Below, in pieces: positions 48,289 to 58,792 of a stretch of DNA of 63,565 bases. Position 1 is the first letter of the stretch, and each line of letters starts with the position of its first letter. Below the pieces are notes generated by a model. It was not told where the DNA came from. It ran no database searches and saw only the letters and a program-made list of their open reading frames with translations. A program made the position numbers and the translations under genes. Source of the stretch: Isoptericola sp. (lineage in GTDB: Bacteria; Actinomycetota; Actinomycetes; Actinomycetales; Cellulomonadaceae); assembly GCA_031181105.1 (NCBI GenBank), contig JAPSLD010000001.1, positions 1 to 63,565 of the forward strand, given 5' to 3'.

Positions 48289-49943
48289 CGACGGGCGAGC
48301 CGGCCGCCCCCGTCGCGCCCGTCAGCACCGTGCGCGGCGTGCTCCTGCCGCTGCCCGACGGCGGCACCTCCGGCCCGATGGACCTGCACCTGGCCGCGGG
48401 GCGGGTGCGCGCGGTGGTGCCGTCGTCGGGCGACGCGTCCGACGGCACGGTGCTCGACGACGGAACGGTGCTCGACGCCGGCGGGAGGCTGGCGCTGCCC
48501 GGCCTCGTCGACGCGCACGTCCACGGCGCGGCGGCGGTCCTCGAGCCCGCGGTGCAGCACGCGCTGCTGCGCCAGGGCGTGACCGCGATCGTCGTCGGCG
48601 CCGACGGCGTGGGCTTCGCGCCGTCCGACGAGACCACCTACGGCTGGGCCGCCGAGTACTTCGCCGGGATCGACGGCGCCCACCCGACGTTCCGCGGCGG
48701 CTCCGTCGCGGACCTGCTCGCCACGTACGAGGGCACCACCGCGATCGGGGTCGCGACGCTCGTGCCCCACGGCACGCTGCGCCACGCCGTGCTCGGCACC
48801 GAGCAGCGCGCGGCGGCGCCGGACGAGGTCGCGCGCATGGTCGCGCTCGCGCGCCAGGCGTTCGACGACGGGGCGTGCGGTCTGTCGACCGGGCTCGAGT
48901 ACGTGCCGGCCGCCTGGGCGGGGCAGGACGAGCTCGTCGCCCTGGCGCGGGTCGCGGCCGACCGCGGCCTGCCGCACGTGTCGCACATGCGCGGGTACGA
49001 GGACCGGGCCGAGGCGGCGTTCGGCGAGCTGGTGCGCCTCGCGCGCGCGTCCGGCGCCGCGACGCACGTGTCGCACCTGCACGGCCCGGCCGACGTCCTG
49101 GTCCGGCTGCTCGACGACGCCGGCGCCGCGGGGCTCGACGTCACCTTCGACTCCTATCCCTACCTGCGGGGCTGCTCGATCCTGGCCATGGTGGCCCTGC
49201 CCACGTGGCTCCCGCTGGCCGACCCGGACGCCACGCTGGCCTCGCTCGCCGACCCCGGCGTGCGGGCGCGGGTGCGCGAGCACCTCGCCCGGCTGGAGGA
49301 CCTGTGGCCGCGGGTCACGCTCGCGTGGGTACCGGGCGAGGACGCCGCGGCGGGCCGGTCGCTGCCGGACGTCGCGACGGGATGGGGCGTCGAGCCGGCC
49401 GAGGCGGCGCTGCGGCTGCTCGTCGCGTCCCGGCTGCGCGCGAGCTGCGTCTTCGCCCAGCCGCCGACCAACAGCGCCGCGTCGGTGCGGACGCTGGCGA
49501 ACCACCCCGGCCACCTGGGCGGGTCCGACGCGATCTACCAGCCGGTCGCCCCGGCGGCGGCGGGCCGGCCGCACCCGCGCGGCTGGGGCGCCTTCGCGCG
49601 CCTGCTCGCCGAGCGCGTCCGCGACACCGGCGACTGGTCGTGGCACGAGGCCGTCGAGCACCTGTCCGCACGGGCGGCGCGGCGCTTCGGGCTCGCCGAC
49701 CGTGGCCGGATCGCACCGGGCGCCGCCGCCGACGTCGTGCTCGTCGACCCCGACGCCGTGCGCGACCGGGCGACCTACGACCGGCCGCGCGTGCCGGCGT
49801 CGGGCATCGACGACGTGCTCGTGGCCGGGGTGCCCGTGCTCGCCGGCGGGGAGCTGACCGGGGCCACGCCGGGCCGCGCCCTGCGCCCCACCCGCCGAGG
49901 TAGCGCAGCATTCGCCGAGGTAGCGCAGGATCCGCCGAGGTAG
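48285..49943 (+). CDS. N-acyl-D-amino-acid deacylase family amidohydrolase
   Basis: PGLVDAHVH, LSTGLEY, SHMR, GSDA, HPRGWGAF. Confidence 0.85.
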   Translation: MTTGEPAAPVAPVSTVRGVLLPLPDGGTSGPMDLHLAAGRVRAVVPSSGDASDGTVLDDGTVLDAGGRLALPGLVDAHVHGAAAVLEPAVQHALLRQGVTAIVVGADGVGFAPSDETTYGWAAEYFAGIDGAHPTFRGGSVADLLATYEGTTAIGVATLVPHGTLRHAVLGTEQRAAAPDEVARMVALARQAFDDGACGLSTGLEYVPAAWAGQDELVALARVAADRGLPHVSHMRGYEDRAEAAFGELVRLARASGAATHVSHLHGPADVLVRLLDDAGAAGLDVTFDSYPYLRGCSILAMVALPTWLPLADPDATLASLADPGVRARVREHLARLEDLWPRVTLAWVPGEDAAAGRSLPDVATGWGVEPAEAALRLLVASRLRASCVFAQPPTNSAASVRTLANHPGHLGGSDAIYQPVAPAAAGRPHPRGWGAFARLLAERVRDTGDWSWHEAVEHLSARAARRFGLADRGRIAPGAAADVVLVDPDAVRDRATYDRPRVPASGIDDVLVAGVPVLAGGELTGATPGRALRPTRRGSAAFAEVAQDPPR

Positions 49944-49966
49944 CGCGATCCTGGGCGAGGTAGCAC
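49893..49966 (+). repeat. Four 20-bp-period CGAGGTAGC units
   Basis: Same family as 6879-7082; supplies the deacylase stop codon. Confidence 0.8.
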
Positions 49967-49996
49967 GGGTACGACCGACGAGGACATGAGGCACGA

Positions 49997-51154
49997 ATGA
50001 GGATCGACGACGCCGGCCGCTCCTGGGCCCTGCTCACGCTCGACCGAGCGGCGCTCGAGCACAACGTCGCGACCGTCGCGGCGGCGGTCGACGCCGCGGG
50101 CGCCGAGCTCGCGCCGCACGTCAAGACGCACATGTCGCCCGAGATCTGGCGGCGCCAGCTCGACGCCGGTGCGTGGGGCGCCACGGTCGCGACGCCGGGC
50201 CAGCTGCGCACCGCCCTCGGGTGGGGCACCGTCCGGCGCGCGCTGCTGGCCAACGAGCTCGTCGACCCGCGCGACCTCGCGTGGCTGCGCGACGCGCTCG
50301 ACCGCGGCGACGCCGAGGAGGTCTGGCTCTACGTCGACTCCTCGCGGGGCGTGGAGCTGCTGGCCGCGGCGTTCGCGGGAGCCGCCCGTCCCGAACGGCT
50401 CGGCGTGCTCGTCGAGCTGGGCGTCCCCGGCGGGCGCACCGGCGTGCGCACGGTCGCGGACGCCACCACCCTCGCGCGCTCGGTGGCCGAGGCCGGGCTG
50501 CGCCTCGCCGGCGTCGCCGGCTACGAGGGGCCGGTCGCGGCCGGCACGAGCGCGGCCGAGCTCGACGCGGTGGCGCGCTGGTGCGCGACCCTGCGCGAGG
50601 CGGGCGACGCCGTCGCGCCCCTGGTCGAGGGTCCGGTCGTGCTCTCGGCGGGCGGCAGCGCCTTCGCCGACGTCGTGCTGCGCGAGCTCACGGCGGCGGA
50701 CGGCGTCCGCGTCGTCGTGCGGTCCGGCGCGTACGTCACGTCCGACCACGGCCACTACCTGCGTTCGGACCCGTGGACGCGGCTCGGCGCCGCCGCGCTG
50801 CGGCCCGCCGTCACGGTGTGGGCCTCGGTGCTCTCGGCGCCCGAGCCGGGGCTCGTGATCTGCGGCATGGGCCGGCGCGACGTGTCGTTCGACATCGACC
50901 TGCCGTTCCCGCTCGTCGCGCGGGCCGTGGACGACGCCGGACGCCTCGGGCCCGCGCGGGACCTTCCCGGCGCCGCGGTGACCGGGCTCAACGACCAGCA
51001 CGCGTACGTCACGGTGCCCGACGACGCGCGGCTCGCCCCGGGCGACGTCGTCGGCTTCGGCATCTCGCACCCGTGCACCACGCTCGACAAGCACCGCACC
51101 GGGCTCGTCACCGACGGCGACGACGTCGTCGAGCAGGTGACGTTCCAGCTCTGA
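49997..51154 (+). CDS. PLP-dependent D-amino acid deaminase (DSD1/alanine racemase fold)
   Basis: APHVKTHMS, RTGVR, GYEG, RSGAY, LNDQH, SHPCT. Confidence 0.85.
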   Translation: MRIDDAGRSWALLTLDRAALEHNVATVAAAVDAAGAELAPHVKTHMSPEIWRRQLDAGAWGATVATPGQLRTALGWGTVRRALLANELVDPRDLAWLRDALDRGDAEEVWLYVDSSRGVELLAAAFAGAARPERLGVLVELGVPGGRTGVRTVADATTLARSVAEAGLRLAGVAGYEGPVAAGTSAAELDAVARWCATLREAGDAVAPLVEGPVVLSAGGSAFADVVLRELTAADGVRVVVRSGAYVTSDHGHYLRSDPWTRLGAAALRPAVTVWASVLSAPEPGLVICGMGRRDVSFDIDLPFPLVARAVDDAGRLGPARDLPGAAVTGLNDQHAYVTVPDDARLAPGDVVGFGISHPCTTLDKHRTGLVTDGDDVVEQVTFQL

Positions 51155-51204
51155 CCACGACACGGACGACAGCACACGACGACCACCACGACGAGGAGCG
51201 AACC

Positions 51205-51609
51205 GTGACCCGCAAGACCGCGATCAGCACGCCGCACGCCCCGGCGCCGGCGCACACCTTCCACCAGGGCGTACGCTCCGGGCCGTTCGTCCAGGTCTCG
51301 GGCCAGGGGCCCGTCGACCCGGCGACGGGGGAGTACGTCCACCTCGGCGACGTCGCGGCCCAGACGACGCGCACGCTCGAGAACGTCCGCGCGATCGTCG
51401 AGGCCGGCGGTGCCACGTTCGACGACGTCGTCATGCTGCGCGTGTACCTGACGAGCCGCGACGACTTCGCCGCGATGAACCAGGCCTACGGCGCGTTCGT
51501 CGAGCAGCACTGCCCGAGCGGGGTGCTCCCGAGCCGCACGACGGTCATGGTCGGGCTGCCGCGCCCGGAGATGCTCGTCGAGATCGACGCCCTCGCCGTG
51601 ACGGCGTAG
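51205..51609 (+). CDS. RidA family protein
   Basis: VSGQGP, FAAMNQAY, PSRTT, LVEIDA. Confidence 0.9.
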   Translation: MTRKTAISTPHAPAPAHTFHQGVRSGPFVQVSGQGPVDPATGEYVHLGDVAAQTTRTLENVRAIVEAGGATFDDVVMLRVYLTSRDDFAAMNQAYGAFVEQHCPSGVLPSRTTVMVGLPRPEMLVEIDALAVTA

Positions 51610-51612
51610 CGC

Positions 51613-52584
51613 TCAGCGCCCGACGGGCTCCGGCTCGCGCTCCGGACCGGCCGGCGAGGCGGGCGCGCCCGCGTCCGGGCCGTCGTCGGGCCCGGGCCCG
51701 CCGCCCGCGCCGGGAGCGCCCGGTGCCGCCGGCCGCAGGCGCCGGCGCACGAGGCGGTAGACGACGTACCCGGCCGCCGCGACGGCGAGCCACGGCAGCA
51801 GGATGCCGAGCACCAGCACGAGGCCCTCGACCGTCGCCACGAGCGCGGCCCACCCCGACCCCAGGCCGCCCACGAAGCCGCCCTGGCGGGCGGCGACGGT
51901 CGCCGGCTCGGAGGTGACCTCCACCTGCAGCGTCGACATCGCGACCTGCTCGGACAGCACCTGCCGCTCGGCCTTGAGCGCGTCGAGCTCGGCCTGCCGC
52001 TCGGAGAGCTCCTGCTCGACCTGGAGCAGGTCGTCGGTGCTGGCGGCGCTGCTCATGAGCTCGCGCAGCCGCTCGGTCGAGGTGGTCAGTGCCGCGATCC
52101 GCGCGTCGAGGTCCCGGCCCTGCGTCGTGACGTCGTCCGTGTCGACGCTCACCTCGTTGACGTCGCCGAGGCCGGACAGCGCCTCGAGCGTCGTCGACAT
52201 GCGGTCCGCCGGGATGCGGAGCGTCAGGGACGCGCTGCCGGGCACGTCGCCGTCCGCGGAGATCTCGGTCCGCCGCTCGACGCGGCCACCCGCCTGCTCG
52301 GCGATCCGCGCCAGGTCGCGCGCGGTGGCCGACGGGTCCGGCGCGACGACGGTCGCGTGCGCCGTCGTGACGATCTCGCGGTCGACGGCGGCCTCCTCCG
52401 AGACGCCCGCACCGGCGCCGAGGTCGGCGCTCGAGCCCGCGCCGACGTCGTGCGCGGCGGTGTCGCCGCCGCTCTCCGCGGCCCCGCCGTCGGCGCCGGC
52501 CGAGCACGCGGCCAGCGTCAGCGCGAGGGCGGCGCAGGTCAGGAGCGCGGACGCGCCACGGCGTCGGGCGGGCGAGGCAGGCAT
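51613..52584 (-). CDS. DUF4349 lipoprotein
   Basis: Lipobox LAAC, LTLRIP, DVT...DLDARI, C-terminal TM. Confidence 0.8.
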   Translation of the reverse strand: MPASPARRRGASALLTCAALALTLAACSAGADGGAAESGGDTAAHDVGAGSSADLGAGAGVSEEAAVDREIVTTAHATVVAPDPSATARDLARIAEQAGGRVERRTEISADGDVPGSASLTLRIPADRMSTTLEALSGLGDVNEVSVDTDDVTTQGRDLDARIAALTTSTERLRELMSSAASTDDLLQVEQELSERQAELDALKAERQVLSEQVAMSTLQVEVTSEPATVAARQGGFVGGLGSGWAALVATVEGLVLVLGILLPWLAVAAAGYVVYRLVRRRLRPAAPGAPGAGGGPGPDDGPDAGAPASPAGPEREPEPVGR

Positions 52585-52760
52585 GCGGACGAGCGTAGGC
52601 GCGGCGCGCGGTGTCCCAGGCCCGCAGCGCTGGATCGTGACAAGACCGTGCTGCGACCGTGATCTTCACCCGCTTCACCCGCTGATCGGGGGTCACGATT
52701 CGGTCACGACGGCGGGCGGGGGCCTCGACACCCGCGGATTAAGTCGCTCTACTAACAAAC

Positions 52761-53918
52761 GTGTCCGCGACGACGACGACGCCGCGCGAGTCCCGCCGAG
52801 CCCTCGGCGCGGGCCTGCGCGCCACCGCCAAGGTGCTCCCCGAGCACGCCCGGGCGCACAACCGGGCGCTCCTGCTCCAGCACCTCTTCCACGCCGGGCC
52901 GACGTCACGGGCGGACCTGGCCCGAGCGACGGCGCTGACGCGGGTGACGGTCTCCGACCTGGTCAGCGTCCTGCTCGCCGAGGGGCTCGTCGAGGAGCTC
53001 GGCGTCCGGCCCGGCCGGCGCGTGGGCAAGCCGGCGACCCTCGTCGGGATGCGCACGGACGCCTACCAGGTCGTCGCCGTCGACCTGTCGGACGAGGCCG
53101 TCGTGCGCGGGGCCGTGCTCACGCTCGCGGGCGAGGTGGTCGTGCGGCGGTCGCTCGCCGTGGACGAGCGCTCGGGCGACGACCTCGTCGACCTTCTGAC
53201 GCGGTTCGCCCGGCGCCTGCTCTCCGCGGCGACGCGGCCGGTGATCGGCGTCGGTGTCGGCTCGCCCGGCGTCGTCGACCCGTGGGGCCGGGTCGTCGAG
53301 GCGCCCAACCGGGCGTGGTCCGACCTGCCGTTGGCCGCGCTGCTCTCCGAGCGGCTCGGGCTGCCCGTGCAGGTCGCCAACGACGCCGACACCGCCGCCC
53401 TCGGCGAGTACACGTACGGCGGGGCGGCCGGCTCGATGCTGGTCCTGACCGTGGGGCAGGGCGTCGGCGCGGGGATCGTCGTCGACGGCGCACGGGTGCA
53501 CGGGGCGGGCGACGCCGCCGGCGAGCTGGGGCACGTCACGGTCGTCGACGACGGCGAGCCGTGCGCGTGCGGGCGGCGCGGCTGCCTGGAGACCGTGCTG
53601 TCCGCGCCCGCGCTGCGCCGGGCCGTCGCCGGTCTGGACGCCGCGGAGGCGGACGCCGCGCTGGCCGCGGCCGGCCGGGTGCTCGGCGCGGCGCTCGCCC
53701 CCGTGGTCAGCGCCCTCAACCTGGCCGAGGTGCTGCTGTGCGGACCTCCCGAGCTGCTCGACGGCGCGCTGCGCCGGGCCGCGACGGACACCCTGCGCGA
53801 GCGCACCATGCCGGCCGTCGGAGCGGGGCTGCGGCTGCGCATGGCCGCCCTCGGCGGGGACGTGGTGCTGGCGGGCGCCGCGGTCCTCGTCCTCGCCGCG
53901 CAGCTGGGCATCTCGTGA
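52761..53918 (+). CDS. ROK family transcriptional repressor (NagC-like)
   Basis: SRADLARATALTRVTVS HTH; GELGH, CACGRRGCLE. Confidence 0.88.
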   Translation: MSATTTTPRESRRALGAGLRATAKVLPEHARAHNRALLLQHLFHAGPTSRADLARATALTRVTVSDLVSVLLAEGLVEELGVRPGRRVGKPATLVGMRTDAYQVVAVDLSDEAVVRGAVLTLAGEVVVRRSLAVDERSGDDLVDLLTRFARRLLSAATRPVIGVGVGSPGVVDPWGRVVEAPNRAWSDLPLAALLSERLGLPVQVANDADTAALGEYTYGGAAGSMLVLTVGQGVGAGIVVDGARVHGAGDAAGELGHVTVVDDGEPCACGRRGCLETVLSAPALRRAVAGLDAAEADAALAAAGRVLGAALAPVVSALNLAEVLLCGPPELLDGALRRAATDTLRERTMPAVGAGLRLRMAALGGDVVLAGAAVLVLAAQLGIS

Positions 53919-54874
53919 CCCCGGACCTCGCCGTCGGCGTCGACATCGGCGGCACCAAGACCCTCGCCGTCCTCCTCGGGCCCGACGGTGCCGTGCTCGC
54001 CCGGACCCGGATCGCGACCGAGCCCGGGCCCCGCGGGGTCGTCGACGGCGCCGCCCGCGCCGTGCGGGCCGTCGTCGGGCAGGCCGGGCTCGAGCCCGGG
54101 CGGGTCGGGGCCGTCGGCGTGGGCATCCCCGGCCTCGTCGACCCCGCCGCGGGCACCGTGCGGCACGCCGTGAACGTCGGCGTCGACGACGGCCCGCTGC
54201 CGCTGGTCGCCGAGCTGTCGCGCGCGCTCGGCGGCGTGCGGGTCGCGGTCGAGAACGACCTCAACGTGGCGGCCCTCGGCGCCGCCCACCTGGCCGGCCG
54301 GGAGACGGGCGAGGCGGTCGACCTCGCCTTCCTCGCGCTCGGGACGGGCCTGGCCGCCGGCCTCGTGCTCGACGGGCGGCTGCGGCGCGGGGCGCGCGGC
54401 GCGGCCGGGGAGATCGGCCACGTGCCGGTCGACCCGGCGGGCCCCGTGTGCCCGTGCGGGCAGCGGGGCTGTCTCGAGCTGTACGCGTCCGGCTCGGCGG
54501 TCCGGGCCCTGTGGCCGACGGCTCCTGCCGAGGTCCCCGCGCCCGTGGCGCTGTTCGAGGCCGCCGCCGCGGGCGACCCGGCGGCCGTGGCGGCGCGCGC
54601 CCGCTACGCGTCCGCCGTGGCAGCCGCGGTGCGCATGCTCGTGCTCGCCGTGGACGTGCGGGAGGTCGTCCTCGGCGGCGGCGTCGCGGCGCTCGGCGAG
54701 CCCCTGCTCGCCGCCGTGCGCGACGCCCTGACGGCCGCGTCGTCGGGGTCCGCGTTCCTCACCTCGCTGCGCCTGTCCGACCGGGTGCGCCTCGCCCCCG
54801 ATAGCGTGCCCGTGGGGGCGGTGGGCGCGGCCGTCCTCGGCCGCGAGCGCCGCGGTCCGCCGTCGACCCCCTAG
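53915..54874 (+). CDS. ROK family sugar kinase
   Basis: GVDIGGTK, ENDLN, GEIGH, CPCGQRGCLE; no HTH. Confidence 0.85.
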   Translation: MTPDLAVGVDIGGTKTLAVLLGPDGAVLARTRIATEPGPRGVVDGAARAVRAVVGQAGLEPGRVGAVGVGIPGLVDPAAGTVRHAVNVGVDDGPLPLVAELSRALGGVRVAVENDLNVAALGAAHLAGRETGEAVDLAFLALGTGLAAGLVLDGRLRRGARGAAGEIGHVPVDPAGPVCPCGQRGCLELYASGSAVRALWPTAPAEVPAPVALFEAAAAGDPAAVAARARYASAVAAAVRMLVLAVDVREVVLGGGVAALGEPLLAAVRDALTAASSGSAFLTSLRLSDRVRLAPDSVPVGAVGAAVLGRERRGPPSTP

Positions 54875-54927
54875 CCGAGGTAGCGCGCCCCGCGCCGAGG
54901 TAGCGCGCTCCTCGCCGAGGTAGCGCC
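54874..54927 (+). repeat. Three 20-bp-period GCCGAGGTAGCGC units
   Basis: Same repeat family, between ROK kinase and nagB. Confidence 0.8.
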
Positions 54928-54947
54928 ACGGACGAACTGGAGTCTCC

Positions 54948-55730
54948 ATGGAAGTTGTCATCGCTCCCGCCGAGCGGCTCGCCGAGCTCGCGGCCGACGC
55001 GGTCGAGGCGCTGCTGCGCGCCACGCCCGACGCCGTGCTCGGCCTCGCGACGGGGTCGAGCCCGCTCGCGGTGTACGACGAGCTCGCGCGGCGCCACCGC
55101 GAGTCGGGCCTGTCGTTCGCTCGCGCCCGCGGCTTCCTGCTCGACGAGTACGTGGGTCTGCCGGCCGACCACCCGCAGCGGTACCGCACCGTCATCGAGG
55201 CCGAGATCGCCTCGCGGGTCGACTGGCCGGCCGGCCAGGTGCAGGGCCCGGACGGTCTCGCCGACGACATCCCGGCCGCCTGCGCCGCGTACGAGCGCGC
55301 GATCGCCGACGCCGGGGGAGTCGACCTCCAGCTGCTCGGCATCGGCACCGACGGGCACATCGCGTTCAACGAGCCCGGCTCGTCCCTCGCCTCGCGCACG
55401 CGGATCAAGACGCTGACCCGGCAGACCCGCCTCGACAACGCGCGGTTCTTCGACGACGACGTCGACCAGGTGCCCACGCACTGCCTCACCCAGGGCCTCG
55501 GCACGATCATGGAGGCCCGTCACCTCGTGCTGCTGGCGACGGGCCGGCACAAGGCCGAGGCCGTGCACCAGCTCGTCGAGGGGCCCGTCTCGGCGATGTG
55601 GCCCGGCACCGTGATGCAGCTGCACCCGCACGCGACCGTGCTGGTGGACGACGCCGCGGCCTCGCGCCTGCAGCTCGCCGACTACTACCGCCAGACGTAC
55701 GAGAGCAAGCCGCGGTGGCAGGAGCTCTGA
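54948..55730 (+). CDS. nagB: Glucosamine-6-phosphate deaminase
   Basis: LGLATGSSP, LDEY, GIGTDGHIAFNEPGS. Confidence 0.95.
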   Translation: MEVVIAPAERLAELAADAVEALLRATPDAVLGLATGSSPLAVYDELARRHRESGLSFARARGFLLDEYVGLPADHPQRYRTVIEAEIASRVDWPAGQVQGPDGLADDIPAACAAYERAIADAGGVDLQLLGIGTDGHIAFNEPGSSLASRTRIKTLTRQTRLDNARFFDDDVDQVPTHCLTQGLGTIMEARHLVLLATGRHKAEAVHQLVEGPVSAMWPGTVMQLHPHATVLVDDAAASRLQLADYYRQTYESKPRWQEL

Positions 55731-55802
55731 CGCGTCCGCTCGCACGGGCGGTGCCGGCACGGCCCGCCAGGGTGTCGGTAGGGGCGTCGTAGACTGCCGG
55801 TC

Positions 55803-56108
55803 ATGAGCGATCCTCTCTCCACGCCGCCCGCGGACCCGCACGAGCCGGGCGCGGGGACGAGCGTCCTGGAGCGCCCGGAGACCCGCGAGCAGGCGGCCGA
55901 ACCGGGCGACCACGAGCGCTTCGCGCACTACGTGCGCAAGGAGAAGATCATGGAGTCGGCGATGACCGGCAAGCCCGTGATCGCGCTCTGCGGCAAGGTC
56001 TGGGTGCCGGGTCGCGACCCGTCGAAGTTCCCGGTCTGCCCGGTGTGCAAGGAGATCTACGACGGCCTTCGTGAGCCGCAGGACGGCGAGGGCGACTCCG
56101 GCAAGTGA
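55803..56108 (+). CDS. DUF3039 protein
   Basis: GDHERFAHYV, ALCGKVW, CPVCKEIY. Confidence 0.85.
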   Translation: MSDPLSTPPADPHEPGAGTSVLERPETREQAAEPGDHERFAHYVRKEKIMESAMTGKPVIALCGKVWVPGRDPSKFPVCPVCKEIYDGLREPQDGEGDSGK

Positions 56109-57958
56109 CCGCGCGGCCGCTTCCCGAGTCCGAGTCCGTCGACCTCTTCACCGCCGCCGAGGAACCGCCGCAGCGGCTCCCGCAGTCGCCGTCGTCGTCC
56201 GCCGCGTCCCAGCTCAGCCCGGCGTTCCCGCGCCGCGCACCGTGGGGCACGGCGTCGAACCTGCGCGCCTGGCAGGCGGAGGCGCTCGCGCTCTACCACG
56301 AGCGCTCGCCGCGCGACTTCCTCGCCGTCGCCACGCCGGGCGCCGGTAAGACGACGTTCGCCCTGCGCGTGGCCACCGAGCTGCTCGAGTCCGGCGTCGT
56401 GAGGCGGGTGACCGTCGTCGCGCCGACGGAGCACCTCAAGCACCAGTGGGCCGACGCCGCGGCGCGCGTGGGCATCCGGATCGACCCGTCGTTCAAGAAC
56501 AGCCAGGGCAAGCACGGCTCCCACTACGACGGCGTCGCGCTCACGTACGCCCAGGTCGCGGCCAAGCCGGCCCTGCACCGCGCCCGCACCGAGGCCGCGC
56601 GCACCCTCGTGATCCTCGACGAGGTGCACCACGCGGGTGACGCGCTGAGCTGGGGCGAGGCCGTGCGCGACGCGTTCGAGGGCGCCACGCGCCGCCTGGC
56701 GCTGACGGGTACCCCGTTCCGCTCCGACACCGCGCCGATCCCGTTCGTCATCTACGAGCCGGACACCGACGGCGTGCGCCGCTCTAAGGCCGACTACACC
56801 TACGGCTACGGGGACGCGCTGCGCGACCACGTCGTGCGCCCGGTGCTGTTCATGACCTACTCGGGCCAGATGCGCTGGCGCACGCGCGCGGGCGACGAGG
56901 TGAGCGCCCGCCTCGGCGAGGCCATGACCAAGGACATGCACGCGCAGGCCTGGCGCACCGCGCTCGACCCGGACGGCGAGTGGATCCCGTCGGTCCTCGC
57001 CGCGGCCGACAAGCGCCTCGCCGAGATGCGCCGCGCCGTGCCCGACGCCGGCGGCCTGGTGATCGCGTCCGACCAGTCCGACGCGCGCGCCTACGCCGGG
57101 CACCTCGCGCGGCTCACGGGGGAGAGCCCGACCGTCGTGCTCTCGGACGACGACGGCGCGAGCGCCCGCATCGACGAGTTCGCCGCGGGGACGCAGCGGT
57201 GGATGGTCGCGGTGCGCATGGTGTCCGAGGGCGTGGACGTCCCCCGTCTGGCCGTCGGCGTCTACGCGACGAGCACGTCCACGCCGCTGTTCTTCGCGCA
57301 GGCGGTCGGGCGCTTCGTGCGCGCGCGCAAGCGCGGGGAGACGGCGTCGGTGTTCCTGCCGAGCGTGCCCCTGCTGCTCGAGCTCGCGAACGGCATGGAG
57401 CTCGAGCGCGACCACGCGCTCGACCGGCCGCAGACGGCCGAGGAGCAGGGGATCGACTACGACCCCGAGGCCGCGTTGCTCGCGGCGGCCAACCGCGAGG
57501 AGAAGGCGTCCGGGGAGCTCGAGGGCAGCTTCCAGGCGCTCGAGGCGCAGGCGTCGTTCGACCGCGTGCTGTTCGACGGCGGCGAGTTCGGCGCCGGCGC
57601 GGACGTCGGCTCGGCCGAGGAGCTCGACTTCCTGGGCCTGCCCGGGCTGCTCGAGGCCGACCAGGTCACGACGCTGCTGCGCCAGCGGCAGGCCGAGCAC
57701 CTGCGGGGCCGTGGCGGGGCGACGTCGAGCGAGGCGGCGCTCGAGCGCTCGGAGGCCGAGCACCGCCGTGCCGCCGAGCTGCGCAAGGAGCTGTCCAAGC
57801 TCGTCTCGGCGTGGGCGCGCAAGTCCGGGCGCCCGCACGGGTCGGTGCACACCGAGCTTCGCCGCCGGTGCGGCGGGCCCGAGGTGCCGCTCGCGACGGC
57901 CGACCAGCTGCAGGCGCGCGTCGAGATGGTGCGCGGCTGGTTCGTGGGCAGGCGCTAG
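56105..57958 (+). CDS. SF2 DEAD/DEAH-box helicase
   Basis: ATPGAGKT, DEVH, LTGT, QAVGRFVR. Confidence 0.9.
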   Translation: MTARPLPESESVDLFTAAEEPPQRLPQSPSSSAASQLSPAFPRRAPWGTASNLRAWQAEALALYHERSPRDFLAVATPGAGKTTFALRVATELLESGVVRRVTVVAPTEHLKHQWADAAARVGIRIDPSFKNSQGKHGSHYDGVALTYAQVAAKPALHRARTEAARTLVILDEVHHAGDALSWGEAVRDAFEGATRRLALTGTPFRSDTAPIPFVIYEPDTDGVRRSKADYTYGYGDALRDHVVRPVLFMTYSGQMRWRTRAGDEVSARLGEAMTKDMHAQAWRTALDPDGEWIPSVLAAADKRLAEMRRAVPDAGGLVIASDQSDARAYAGHLARLTGESPTVVLSDDDGASARIDEFAAGTQRWMVAVRMVSEGVDVPRLAVGVYATSTSTPLFFAQAVGRFVRARKRGETASVFLPSVPLLLELANGMELERDHALDRPQTAEEQGIDYDPEAALLAAANREEKASGELEGSFQALEAQASFDRVLFDGGEFGAGADVGSAEELDFLGLPGLLEADQVTTLLRQRQAEHLRGRGGATSSEAALERSEAEHRRAAELRKELSKLVSAWARKSGRPHGSVHTELRRRCGGPEVPLATADQLQARVEMVRGWFVGRR

Positions 57959-57971
57959 GGGCGGGACGTCG

Positions 57972-58691
57972 TCAGGCCGGCGGCTCGGGCAGCCAGGTGA
58001 ACCAGCCGTCCTCCGGGGCCTGGTCGAGCCGGCGCACCTCGGCGGACCCGAGGACCCCGGCGTCGACGAGGCCGTGGGCGACGATCCGGGCCACGGCACC
58101 CGCGCCGCGCGGGCTGAAGTGCGTGTTGTCCTCGCGCTGCTCCGTGATGTTGAAGCAGGTCCGGCTCTCGTCCGGTCCCAGCGCCTGCCAGAGGTCGAGG
58201 GTCGCGCGCTGCACGTCGAGGAGCGGGACGTCGAGCTCGGTCGCCAGCGCCCGCGCCGCGTCGGGGTACTGGCCGTGGCTCTCGAGAGCCTTCCCGGCGT
58301 CGTCGAACCCGCGGCGCTCGGCCGGCGTCGCCAGCACCGGCACCGCGCCCCGCTCCCGGGCGGCGGACACGTAGCCCGCCAGGTGCTCCCGGTACGTCGA
58401 CCACGGCTCGGTGTACCGCGAGGGGTCCTCGGACTTCGCGTCGTTGTGGCCGAACTGCACGACGAGCACGTCACCGGCCCGCAGCGCGGCCAGGACGGGC
58501 TCGAGCCGGCCCTCGTCCACGAAGCTCTTCGAGCTGCGCCCGTTGCGCGCGTGGTTCTCGACCACCAGGCCGGGCGCGAGGTAGAACGGCAGGGCCATGC
58601 CCCAGCCCGTCTCCGGTCGGGCGTCGGCCGCCTTGGGTGCGGCGGTGGAGTCGCCGGCGACGAAGACGTGGCGGGTGCGGGACGTGACCAT
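57972..58691 (-). CDS. SGNH/GDSL esterase (rhamnogalacturonan acetylesterase-like)
   Basis: GDST, QFGHND, DNTH. Confidence 0.85.
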   Translation of the reverse strand: MVTSRTRHVFVAGDSTAAPKAADARPETGWGMALPFYLAPGLVVENHARNGRSSKSFVDEGRLEPVLAALRAGDVLVVQFGHNDAKSEDPSRYTEPWSTYREHLAGYVSAARERGAVPVLATPAERRGFDDAGKALESHGQYPDAARALATELDVPLLDVQRATLDLWQALGPDESRTCFNITEQREDNTHFSPRGAGAVARIVAHGLVDAGVLGSAEVRRLDQAPEDGWFTWLPEPPA

Positions 58692-58792
58692 GGCGTCGGT
58701 GCCTTCCTCGTACGGGACGCCGCCCGTCGTCGGGAAGCGCTTGCCGCGGCGACGCTACCCGGAGCCCACGGCGCGCGGCAACGCCGTGCGCG

